This document shows, piece after piece, positions 1 to 7,173 of a stretch of 17,681 nucleotides of DNA. Source of the DNA: Chloroflexota bacterium (GTDB taxonomy: Bacteria; Chloroflexota; Dehalococcoidia; Lucifugimonadales; JACQTT01); NCBI GenBank assembly GCA_016210665.1, contig JACQTT010000013.1:1-17681 (forward strand), given 5' to 3'. Below the pieces are notes generated by a model, which was not told where the DNA came from, did no database searches, and saw only the letters and a program-made list of their open reading frames with translations. Position 1 is the stretch's first letter. The number at the start of each line of letters is the position of its first letter. A program made the translations under genes and the position numbers.

Positions 1-284
1 CCCAGGTCGAGGTCGGAACCGAATGTATAAATAACTATCAAATATGAAATGTAAATAGCTTCCCATCCCATCACGGATCCCACCAAGCCCTCACCGGAAT
101 CATCAAAAAAAGCGGGCAGAAAAAAGGACGATACGAATAGCACCACCGGGACTAGCGCAACTGCAAAATAGGCCAAGGCGCTTAACCTCCTCTCTTTAAG
201 CTGATTCGAACGTTGTCTAAGGCCAATCGCAATCGCTCCCAGAGCAGCGGCTACCAAGATGATGCCAAGAATAAGCATTAACAT
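1..284 (-). CDS. Polytopic membrane protein, 5' part only (runs off the window start). The N-terminal ~30 codons, RBS and promoter are duplicated from the flotillin gene. The remainder is paralogous to the 2572-3288 membrane protein.
   Basis: I reverse-complemented 1-300 by hand. ATG at 282-284 is preceded by GGAGAAGGGAACG (strong SD) and there is no stop through position 1. The translation is MLMLILGIILVAAALGAIAIGLRQRSNQLKERRLSALAYFAVALVPVVLFVSSFFLPAFFDDSGEGLVGSVMGWEAIYISYLIVIYTF... The first 22 aa are near-identical to the flotillin N-terminus (MLTLILGIILVAAALGAIAIGLGQ). From RRLSA onward it aligns with the 2572-3288 protein (RRRWAAGLSLPLLGLILASFFLPTISVCEGSG), sharing the SFFLP and SG motifs. 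It is not in the ORF track because it lacks an in-window stop. Confidence 0.5.
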   Translation of the reverse strand, partial: MLMLILGIILVAAALGAIAIGLRQRSNQLKERRLSALAYFAVALVPVVLFVSSFFLPAFFDDSGEGLVGSVMGWEAIYISYLIVIYTFGSDLDL

Positions 285-383
285 CGTTCCCTTCTCCTAG
301 CATGTTCGAGTCATCACTATTGTCATGGAAGAGCGCCCTTTCCAGCAGGTGCAAATGAGCTGTTTGTGTATGGTACCGGCTAC
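285..383. promoter_or_regulatory. Copy A of a triplicated intergenic regulatory module, upstream of the 1-284 membrane-protein gene.
   Basis: Positions 190-383 match 2055-2240 (copy B) at about 85-90% nucleotide identity, including the motif CAGGTGCAAATGAGCTG at 345-361. The motif lies 61 bp upstream of the ATG, the same spacing as in copy B. Confidence 0.6.
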
Positions 384-393
384 GAAGCAAGAT

Positions 394-425
394 GGCAAGG
401 CAGCCAGCTTACCGACCGCCTTGCC
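394..425 (-). terminator. Candidate hairpin terminator downstream of the flotillin gene.
   Basis: A perfect 8-bp inverted repeat GGCAAGGC (394-401) / GCCTTGCC (418-425) with a 16-nt loop lies 29 nt past the flotillin stop on the minus strand. It is followed by AUCUUGCUUC, which is only moderately U-rich. The loop is long, so the call is weak. Confidence 0.25.
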
Positions 426-453
426 ATACAAGAAACCGCCTCTACCTCTCCTC

Positions 454-2148
454 CTATTTGTCCTGACTAGAAAACAACGTTCCTTTTGCCAGGTTGCTAG
501 CTCCTCCGAGGATTGCCGCAAAGCCCTCCATTCCCGTAGAGCTTCCTTCGACCATGATGACGGGAACCTTCACGATGTTAGGGTTCTCGATGGCTGCCTC
601 AAGGGTCTTGATTAGCGCTTCAAGTTGTAACACCCTGTCCTGGCCAAGCACCTTAACCTGGGCGTCCTGTCCCCGTGCGATGGCAGTCAACTCGGCCTCG
701 CGGCCTTCACCGCGAAGCTGTGATGCCAGTTTGTTCTGTACCTCGATTTGCACACCTACCTGAGCAGCCACCAGTTGGTCCTGCTGGTCAGCAGTTGCCC
801 TGGCCTGTTCCGTCAGAACCCTCTGTTCTTGCGCCCGCTGCTCCCGTGCATAGGTCTTTTCTAGCTCCTCGGCCAGTTGCCTGCGAGCGAGGGTCACCAG
901 CAACTCTGGCGGGATGACAGGGTCGCCAAAGCGGACCTCCTTGACAGAGATTCCCGCCTTTCTTCCTTCCGGGATGATAGTCTGTTTCACGAGTTGCTCA
1001 AGTTCTGCCCGTTGGTCCTGAAGCTCAAGCACCTTTCTGCCCCTCTCCCCAATCACATTGCGGACCACGCTTCCCAAGGTCCGAGTCAAGATCCTTTGCT
1101 CCACTTCAGTCAAACCCCCGACTGCGGCAACAACAAAGGGCGCATCCTCAGGCGCTATCTGAACGATCAATCGGACCTCAATCGGGACCGTCCAGCCCTC
1201 GACTCGGACAGGAATTGCGCCTTCGACGGCCGTTGGTGGAACAGGAACATTTTGCTTGACCTCATCCTGAGTGATCCTACCTTCCTGATCCAGCTTCAAG
1301 TTAATAACTCGCCTCTCGTATCCACCTGAGTACTCCCACGCATAGACCCGAGTACTTATGTTAATCACCTCGTAAGCATTCGCGTTCAGATAATACCTCC
1401 CAGGTAACAGCGGCTCGTTCCATACTCCAATGCACCCTTTTGGTACCAGGGGAATCGCCAGAGTTTGCTCTTGAGGTTGTGGTACCGGTATGCAGTTGTC
1501 AGACGTCTGAACGTTCGACTTTACCACGCCCACACTACCAATCGCAATGTTGGTGACTGGCTTTACTACGACATCGAACAGGTAGCGATGTACGCGATAC
1601 TTCCCAGGAGGAAGAACTGACAGTTGGGGTCCTTTCTGTCCGCCGTTGTGTAGGAAATACTCCGCTTCAAGCATTTTCTCGAACTCTGCTTCAGGCCATT
1701 CATCTGCCAGGATCTGTCCCGGGCGGAGGGGGGCTCCGTCCCGGGCTAACAGCAACCCGTATGAGTCAACGGGGATCTCGACAACTGAAAACTTTTCCAC
1801 CTTGTACAGCACGTTGAGAAGGGGACTGAACTTAAATCCAGGTGATAATACTTCCGCTTGAGGTCCAGCCTGCCCCTTGAAGGCTATGATCTGCCCAGGA
1901 GGCATCGATAAGCCACCGTAGACGCGCTTCAAGTGTCCCATTTCATCGGCTCCAACGACCGTGAAAGACGTCCCCAGCAGGAGCCCCAACCCCACTAAGC
2001 CAAACAAGACGACACCAACTGAAACACCGTATAGCAGCCAGACCTGGATATCCTTATTTACAAGCCTATTCAAACGTTGTCCAAGGCCAATAGCAATCGC
2101 TCCCAGGGCAGCGGCAACCAAGATGATGCCAAGAATAAGCGTTAACAT
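454..2148 (-). CDS. Flotillin-family SPFH/band-7 membrane protein (YqiK/FloT-like).
   Basis: A 564-aa ORF with ATG at 2146-2148 preceded by AAGGAGGGAACG. It has two N-terminal hydrophobic helices. SPFH-like segments are present (PGFKFSPLLNVLYKVEKFSVVEIP; RLIVQIAPEDAPFVVAAVGGLTEVEQRILTRTLGSVVRNVIGER). The long Glu/Ala/Gln-rich coiled-coil tail (AEELEKTYAREQRAQEQRVLTEQARATADQQDQLVAAQVGVQIEV...) is typical of bacterial flotillins. Confidence 0.85.
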   Translation of the reverse strand: MLTLILGIILVAAALGAIAIGLGQRLNRLVNKDIQVWLLYGVSVGVVLFGLVGLGLLLGTSFTVVGADEMGHLKRVYGGLSMPPGQIIAFKGQAGPQAEVLSPGFKFSPLLNVLYKVEKFSVVEIPVDSYGLLLARDGAPLRPGQILADEWPEAEFEKMLEAEYFLHNGGQKGPQLSVLPPGKYRVHRYLFDVVVKPVTNIAIGSVGVVKSNVQTSDNCIPVPQPQEQTLAIPLVPKGCIGVWNEPLLPGRYYLNANAYEVINISTRVYAWEYSGGYERRVINLKLDQEGRITQDEVKQNVPVPPTAVEGAIPVRVEGWTVPIEVRLIVQIAPEDAPFVVAAVGGLTEVEQRILTRTLGSVVRNVIGERGRKVLELQDQRAELEQLVKQTIIPEGRKAGISVKEVRFGDPVIPPELLVTLARRQLAEELEKTYAREQRAQEQRVLTEQARATADQQDQLVAAQVGVQIEVQNKLASQLRGEGREAELTAIARGQDAQVKVLGQDRVLQLEALIKTLEAAIENPNIVKVPVIMVEGSSTGMEGFAAILGGASNLAKGTLFSSQDK

Positions 2149-2357
2149 CGTTCCCTCCTTCTAATATATTCGAGTCACCACTATTCTCATGGCAGAGAGC
2201 CCTTGCCAACAGGTGCAAATGAGCTGTTTGTGGGTGGTACACGCTACTGCTTTTTCGTGGTACATCTGAACCTGGTATCGCGGGCTGCCCTGCGATGTAC
2301 AATGGATGGCACAGAGGTCTCTTGTCTCCGAGTTATGCACCGCTGAGGCAATGGGCT
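2149..2357. promoter_or_regulatory. Copy B of the regulatory module. It is a divergent promoter region: the left half matches copy A and the right half matches copy C.
   Basis: 2055-2240 matches 190-383. 2200-2527 matches 3322-3652 at about 92% identity. The motif CAGGTGCAAATGAGCTG at 2210-2226 lies 62 bp upstream of the flotillin ATG. A -10-like TACAAT at 2298-2303 faces the plus strand. Confidence 0.6.
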
Positions 2358-2527
2358 ATGGAAAAGAGTTCAGCCCCCAATTACGCCGTGTTTGAGGACT
2401 ACCGCTCCAGCCAGGGCATCGCCGTGGTGGTTCGGTGGTTTATGCTGGCAACCTGGCTCACCCTCATCAACATCCGTACCCAGGAGTCTAACCTTCCCTA
2501 TCTCAACACTATGGGCACGGCCCTGTC
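2358..2527 (+). pseudogene. Truncated remnant (about 57 codons) of a paralogous DesK-type sensor kinase gene.
   Basis: Track ORF 2295-2609 gives MYNGWHRGLLSPSYAPLRQWAMEKSSAPNYAVFEDYRSSQGIAVVVRWFMLATWLTLINIRTQESNLPYLNTMG... This is co-linear with the N-terminus of the kinase at 3478, including the RBS and ATG. Homology stops abruptly at about 2527 and the ORF then reads into unrelated sequence that overlaps the 3' end of the minus-strand gene. Of 12 nucleotide differences from the intact gene, 8 are synonymous. Confidence 0.6.
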
Positions 2528-2571
2528 GGTGACATGCCTCAACCTGAATCAGAGAACTGCCTATGGATCCA

Positions 2572-3288
2572 TCAGTCCTTTCCTAACCAACTCGCGCAAG
2601 GCACGATGAACAGTAAGATTAGTACGGCTGCCCCAAACATGTCCCAACCGATCAAAAGGCCGCCTATACTCCCCACTCCAATTATCGTGAAGAGTACCCA
2701 TGACGCGGCTAGACACCCGTACGCCCCCAGGAAGTAGCTCCAACGGTGCCAGCCACCAACTGTGGCGATTCCTCGTACTAAGAGAAGGCAGGCCATGATT
2801 CCAGTTGTTAGCAGATAGGTGAGAACGAAACCCTCTCGGCCCCAATCGACTTTGTCAAGGTCCTTCAGGGGAACTCCAAGGGTCACCCAGCTGACCCAAA
2901 ACCATGTGCCGAGGGAGAGAACAAGTGCAGCCGAGGCGGCCCCTCCGAAAACGCGCCCAGGACGATGTCGTCGGACCAAGGCCCCTACCGTGGATAGTAG
3001 AAGAATCAGCGCGGCTAAATAAAGAGGATAGCCTTGCCAGTCCAAGTCGTAACCACGAAGTTCAGTAACTCCGCTCCCCTCACATACTGAGATAGTCGGC
3101 AGGAAAAAGCTTGCGAGGATGAGGCCCAGGAGGGGCAGAGACAGGCCTGCGGCCCAGCGTCGGCGGACCTCTGGCCCGCCTGACGGAATGTCCTCCTTGC
3201 CCTCTACTGATGTGGAGGCCCCAACTCCTGTCGTGGGTCCCGTTTCAGCCATCATTGACATCTCCTGGTTCATGTGAGCACCTCGCAT
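2572..3288 (-). CDS. Polytopic integral membrane protein with about 6 TM helices and unknown function. It is paralogous to the 1-284 gene.
   Basis: A 238-aa ORF, almost entirely hydrophobic helices (LPLLGLILASFFLP, YPLYLAALILLLSTVGALV, AASAALVLSLGTWFWVSWVTLGV, GFVLTYLLTTGIMACLLLV, CLAASWVLFTIIGVGSIGGLLIGW, AAVLILLFIVPCASWL). The real start is probably the internal Met at 3273 (GAGGTG-CTCAC-ATG) or a later one. This would put the shared motif at -58, matching copies A and B. Confidence 0.7.
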   Translation of the reverse strand: MRGAHMNQEMSMMAETGPTTGVGASTSVEGKEDIPSGGPEVRRRWAAGLSLPLLGLILASFFLPTISVCEGSGVTELRGYDLDWQGYPLYLAALILLLSTVGALVRRHRPGRVFGGAASAALVLSLGTWFWVSWVTLGVPLKDLDKVDWGREGFVLTYLLTTGIMACLLLVRGIATVGGWHRWSYFLGAYGCLAASWVLFTIIGVGSIGGLLIGWDMFGAAVLILLFIVPCASWLGKD

Positions 3289-3477
3289 AGTGGAACTGTG
3301 CTTATTGTCTGCGAGTCCAGACCCTTCTAACAGGTGCAGATGAGCTGATTATGACCGGTACGGGCTACTGCTTCTTCGTGGTACATCTGAACCTTGTGTA
3401 GGTCTGCCTGCGATGTATAATTGATGGCACAGAGAGGTCTCTTATCTCCGAGTTATGCACCGCTGAGGCAATGGACT
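3289..3477. promoter_or_regulatory. Copy C of the regulatory module, with a sigma70-like promoter for the kinase/regulator operon.
   Basis: Motif CAGGTGCAGATGAGCTG at 3331-3347. A -35-like TTGTGT (3394-3399), a 16-nt spacer and a TG-preceded TATAAT (3416-3421) predict a transcription start near 3428. The RBS GAGG (3464-3467) lies 10 nt before the ATG at 3478. Confidence 0.5.
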
Positions 3478-4722
3478 ATGGAAAAGAGTTCAGCCCCCAA
3501 CTACGCCGTCTTCGACGACTATCGCTCCAGCCAGGGCATAGCCGTGGTGGTCCGGTGGTTCATGCTGGCAACCTGGCTCACCCTCATCAACATCCGTTCC
3601 CAGGAGCCCAACCTTCCCTATCTCAACACGATGGGCGCGGCCCTGATCATACTCAACGGCTACGTCCATTGGAGGATTTGGAGGGGCAGGCCCATTACAT
3701 GGCCCTACGTCCTGGCCCTGAGCCTGATGGACCTCACCATTATCACGGCGGGCATCATGGTCACCAGCAGGTTCGGGAACACCTATTATATCTTTTACTA
3801 TCCGGCGCTTCTGGGCGTAGCCCTCATCTTCCGCCGCCGGGTCAGCTTTGCCATTGTCACCATTATCGCTGGGTTCTATGCCGGCATCAGCCTGACTATG
3901 AAGCCAGGATTAGACACATCGGTGCTCTTTGACGGCGACGAGAAGGAGCTCACCGTCAGGGTGGTATGCATGTTCGCCGTCGTGGTAGCTGCGAATCTCA
4001 TGACTCGGTTGGAGAGGCAGCGGCGAGCCGAGGCGGTGGAGGCGGAACGGATCCGCATGGAGGAGAACCTTCTGCTCCAGCGCAGAGCGGAGGAGGCAGA
4101 GCGGGAGGCACAGGAGGAGCGGATTCGCATCTCCCAGGAGATTCACGACGGGGCGGCCCAGTCGGCCTACATGCTCAGCCTTGGCCTTGAGACTTGCTGT
4201 CACATGGCCGGCCAAGAGGCCCCCCAGCTCCACGACAGGCTGAAGGCACTCCACGCAGAGTCCAAGCAGGCCCTGTTGGAGCTTCGCTATCCAATCAACC
4301 TCGGGCCCCTGTTCGAAGGCAGAGGCCTGACACAGATCCTGGCAGACCACCTGACGAATTTCAGGGCCATAACTTCTATCCCCACGCATTTCTCCATGAC
4401 CGGACAGGAGACGGAGTTGCCACTAGCCACCCAGCAGCGGCTGTTTGCGCTAGCCCACAATGCCCTGACCAATGCCTACAAGTATGCCCAGGCTACCGAG
4501 GTCAATGTGGAGCTGGTCTGCGATGACAAGACGCTAAAGCTTTCCATCAGCGATAACGGGGTGGGCATGGACACTACCGCACTGGCCGCCTCCTCCGGCC
4601 ACGGGATACGGAACATGCGCCGCACCGCAGAGGAGATGGGAGGGGCTCTGGATATAACCAGTGCTCCGGGGAAGGGTACAATAGTGAGCGTAGCCCTCTC
4701 TCTTTCGGGAGGTGCGCCGTGA
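3478..4722 (+). CDS. Membrane-embedded sensor histidine kinase of the HisKA_3 family (DesK/LiaS/NarX-type) with a HATPase_c domain.
   Basis: The N-terminal part has about 5-6 TM helices with no obvious extracytoplasmic domain. It has a coiled-coil linker, an H-box RISQEIHDGAAQS typical of HisKA_3, and C-terminal N/G boxes (LAHNALTNAYKYA ... ISDNGVGM ... GHGIRNMRRTAEEMGG). The track ORF begins at 3421 (TTG). I prefer 3478 because the predicted -10 places the transcription start downstream of the 3421/3424 start candidates. Confidence 0.85.
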   Translation: MEKSSAPNYAVFDDYRSSQGIAVVVRWFMLATWLTLINIRSQEPNLPYLNTMGAALIILNGYVHWRIWRGRPITWPYVLALSLMDLTIITAGIMVTSRFGNTYYIFYYPALLGVALIFRRRVSFAIVTIIAGFYAGISLTMKPGLDTSVLFDGDEKELTVRVVCMFAVVVAANLMTRLERQRRAEAVEAERIRMEENLLLQRRAEEAEREAQEERIRISQEIHDGAAQSAYMLSLGLETCCHMAGQEAPQLHDRLKALHAESKQALLELRYPINLGPLFEGRGLTQILADHLTNFRAITSIPTHFSMTGQETELPLATQQRLFALAHNALTNAYKYAQATEVNVELVCDDKTLKLSISDNGVGMDTTALAASSGHGIRNMRRTAEEMGGALDITSAPGKGTIVSVALSLSGGAP

Positions 4723-5384
4723 GCCCTCTGAGAGTCATGATTGTGGACGATCACCAGGTCGTGAGAGAGGGATTGCGAAAGGTCCTGGAAGTAGAGGAAA
4801 ACATCGAGGTAGTGGGGGAGGCGGGGGATGGGAGGCAAGCTGTGGACAAGGCACAGGAGCTCAAGCCGGACGTGATCCTCATGGACGTAATGATGCCTGG
4901 CATGAATGGTATAGATGCCTGCCAGGAGATCAAGGGTCTCTTACCCCGTACCGCCGTGGTGATGCTCACCGCCTCAGGGCTAGCGGAGTCCGTTACTGCT
5001 TCCCTAGTGGCGGGCGCTCAGGGCTACGTGCTGAAAGTCGTTGGGCGGGACGAGTTGGTCCGCGCCATCAGAGCCGTAGGGCGAGGCGAGTCTATCCTGG
5101 ACCCTTCCGTGACCAGGATAGTCACTGAAGGCTTCTCTCGCCTGGTGGGCCAGGAGAGGCAGCGAGAGGTGGAGCGACTTACCTCCCGAGAGAAGGAGGT
5201 GCTGCTCCTGGTGGCCCGGGGAGAAACCAACAGAGAGGTGGCCGAGCGGCTGGTCATCAGCGAGTTCACGGCAAGAAATACGGTGAGCAATATCCTGGGT
5301 AAGCTTGGGCTGAGGAATCGCTCTGAACTGGTGCGTTGGGCCTTGAACAACAGGGTGGTAATGGAGCCTGGTAACTACTCGTAA
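4719..5384 (+). CDS. NarL/FixJ-family response regulator (receiver domain plus LuxR-type HTH).
   Basis: GTG start at 4719 preceded by GGAGGTG, overlapping the kinase stop by 4 nt. It has an MIVDDHQVVREGL receiver with the conserved D (ILMDVMMPGMNG). The C-terminal LuxR HTH reads LTSREKEVLLLVARGETNREVAERLVISEFTARNTVSNILGKLGL. Confidence 0.9.
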   Translation: MSPLRVMIVDDHQVVREGLRKVLEVEENIEVVGEAGDGRQAVDKAQELKPDVILMDVMMPGMNGIDACQEIKGLLPRTAVVMLTASGLAESVTASLVAGAQGYVLKVVGRDELVRAIRAVGRGESILDPSVTRIVTEGFSRLVGQERQREVERLTSREKEVLLLVARGETNREVAERLVISEFTARNTVSNILGKLGLRNRSELVRWALNNRVVMEPGNYS

Positions 5385-5619
5385 CCGAGCAGAGATGGGG
5401 GGATTCAGACGGAGGAGCGCCGACACCCCCTGGAGCGTCGGACCCAGAACTTATAGGAGATGGGGGCAGCGCGATGGAATCACCTCGAACACATCAGTCC
5501 TTAGCCTCTGAAAAGCCGAGGCATTTCAGACCTAAAAGACATGTTGGAAAGCTTAATTAAGGACAAGGGGGGTAAGAAGCGGGTTGCCAAAACGGCATAA
5601 TAGCCCTCGGTCAGCCCTC

Positions 5620-7158
5620 CTAACGCTGCCACACTATTTCGCCCCCTAACACCGTCATCATCACCCTTATATCCCTTATATGCTCTGGTTCTACCATGGT
5701 GGGGTCTCCATCCAGAAGCGCCAGGTCAGCCAGTTTACCGACCTCTACAGTACCCCGCTCCTTCTCCTGAAATGCGGCGTATGCACCGTTAAGGGTATAA
5801 GCCTTTAACGCCTCCAGGGGTGAACTGGCCTCCTCAGGAGACAGGAGTCGCCCCGTCTCTGCCATTCTCGTGACCGCTGCGTATAACCCTAAAAGAGGAT
5901 TTGGAGGCACCACCGGGGCGTCGGAGCTTGCCGAGGGTGCAAGGCCAGCTTTAGCGAAGGATCCCATCCTGTAAAGCCAGGGCTGCATCTCTTGCGGCAC
6001 TTCGGCAAGATAGCGCTCACCACTGTGATAGATGAAGGCTGGCTGGGTTACGACCAGGAGGGCTTTACCCTTTAGCTCCCTCAAGACCTCTGGCGGACAC
6101 TCCGAGCAGTGTTCGATCCTGTGTCGGTGATCTCGCCTGGGAACCCGCTGGATCGCTTGGGAGAGGGCTTTGCCGGCCGCAAGCACCGCCTGAGCTTCGA
6201 CGGCGTGTATCGCCACCTGAAAACCTTGCTCATGGATTCTAAGAATCGTATGCCATAGCTCATCTTCGGGCGGATTGAGGGCCCCGGAGGTAGCCGTCAG
6301 CACAACCTTGACGGCCCCTAGGCTCAGTTTCTCGTCGCCTCCTTTTACAGCGAGGTCGGCCTCGAGAAACTCCTGGATATGTTTAGCGCCTATCATAAAG
6401 GTAACCCTTGGCAAAAAGATTCCCTCCTCCTTTATTCGGCGAAAGGCGAGCCACCGCTCCAGGGAGTTGGAGGGTGTCGCATCGTGAACCGAGGTAACGC
6501 CAAAAGACAGGAGGCCGCGGTTGGCCTCTCGCAGGCCTTCGGCCATCTGAGCCTCGCCTAAAGGTGGCATTACCCTCTCCATATAATCGTTCATCTCCAG
6601 GAGAAGGCCGGTCGGCTCACCCGTTTGAATGTCCCGCTCGATTACGCCACCGGGAGGCTCCTCGGTCTTGGAAGTGATGCCCGCCAGGGACAGGGCAAGG
6701 CTGTTGAGAACGAGGGCGTGCCCTGAGCGATGGCTCAGGCGAACAGGGCGGTCAGGCGATGCCTTGTCCAGATCCCACCTGGTAGGGTGACGCCGTTCCT
6801 CCAGGTAGAACTCGTTATATCCTGCGCCCCGTACCCACTGGTCAATAGGAGCGGCCGAGGCTCCTTTTCTCAAAGCCGCCTGGATGTCTTCAATGGACCT
6901 GACGGCGGCGGGGCTGCAGTCCATCGCCATAAGACTGGAAGCGTAGGCCAGGACGTGGCAGTGGGCGTCTATAAAGCCGGGTACCAGGGTGTAGCCCTGG
7001 CAGTCTATGGCCCGGGTATTGGGCCCTTTTAGCAGGCTTAGATCGCTCTTCTCCCCGACCCAGGATATGCGTCCGTTGCTGATGGCGACCAGCTCGGTTC
7101 TGGCGTTATCATCCCTTAAAGGGATGACGTTGGCGTTGTAGAGGATGAGGTTGTGCAT
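5620..7158 (-). CDS. Metal-dependent amidohydrolase (amidohydrolase_3 / YtcJ-like family).
   Basis: A 512-aa ORF with GFIDAHCHV metal-binding motif near the N-terminus and a C-terminal ...DLALLDGDP...GGEIVW. It starts 15 bp downstream of the metallopeptidase gene on the same strand, so the two are probably an operon. Confidence 0.85.
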   Translation of the reverse strand: MHNLILYNANVIPLRDDNARTELVAISNGRISWVGEKSDLSLLKGPNTRAIDCQGYTLVPGFIDAHCHVLAYASSLMAMDCSPAAVRSIEDIQAALRKGASAAPIDQWVRGAGYNEFYLEERRHPTRWDLDKASPDRPVRLSHRSGHALVLNSLALSLAGITSKTEEPPGGVIERDIQTGEPTGLLLEMNDYMERVMPPLGEAQMAEGLREANRGLLSFGVTSVHDATPSNSLERWLAFRRIKEEGIFLPRVTFMIGAKHIQEFLEADLAVKGGDEKLSLGAVKVVLTATSGALNPPEDELWHTILRIHEQGFQVAIHAVEAQAVLAAGKALSQAIQRVPRRDHRHRIEHCSECPPEVLRELKGKALLVVTQPAFIYHSGERYLAEVPQEMQPWLYRMGSFAKAGLAPSASSDAPVVPPNPLLGLYAAVTRMAETGRLLSPEEASSPLEALKAYTLNGAYAAFQEKERGTVEVGKLADLALLDGDPTMVEPEHIRDIRVMMTVLGGEIVWQR

Positions 7159-7173
7159 TGAAAACCAGCGATG

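Noticed and set aside
3421-3477. The track's TTG/ATG start at 3421 or 3424 for the sensor kinase, which would make the gene leaderless.
   Set aside because: The TG-TATAAT -10 at 3416-3421 places the transcription start near 3428, downstream of these codons. ATG 3478 has a GAGG RBS at the right distance, and the decayed paralogue conserves that same RBS and ATG.
3471-4526. Several long alternative-frame ORFs inside the kinase gene (3471-3932 +, 3910-4389 -, 3966-4190 +, 4194-4526 +).
   Set aside because: They are Gly/Arg/Pro/His-rich GC-frame artefacts overlapping a gene with clear kinase motifs.
5385-5619. Hairpins in the convergent gap between the response regulator and the amidohydrolase (CTGAAA-N10-TTTCAG at 5508-5529 and CCGAC-N12-GTCGG at about 5420-5441), considered as a bidirectional terminator or small RNA.
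   Set aside because: The stems are short (5-6 bp), no U-tract follows on either strand and nothing suggests a structured RNA. They are noted only as weak candidates.
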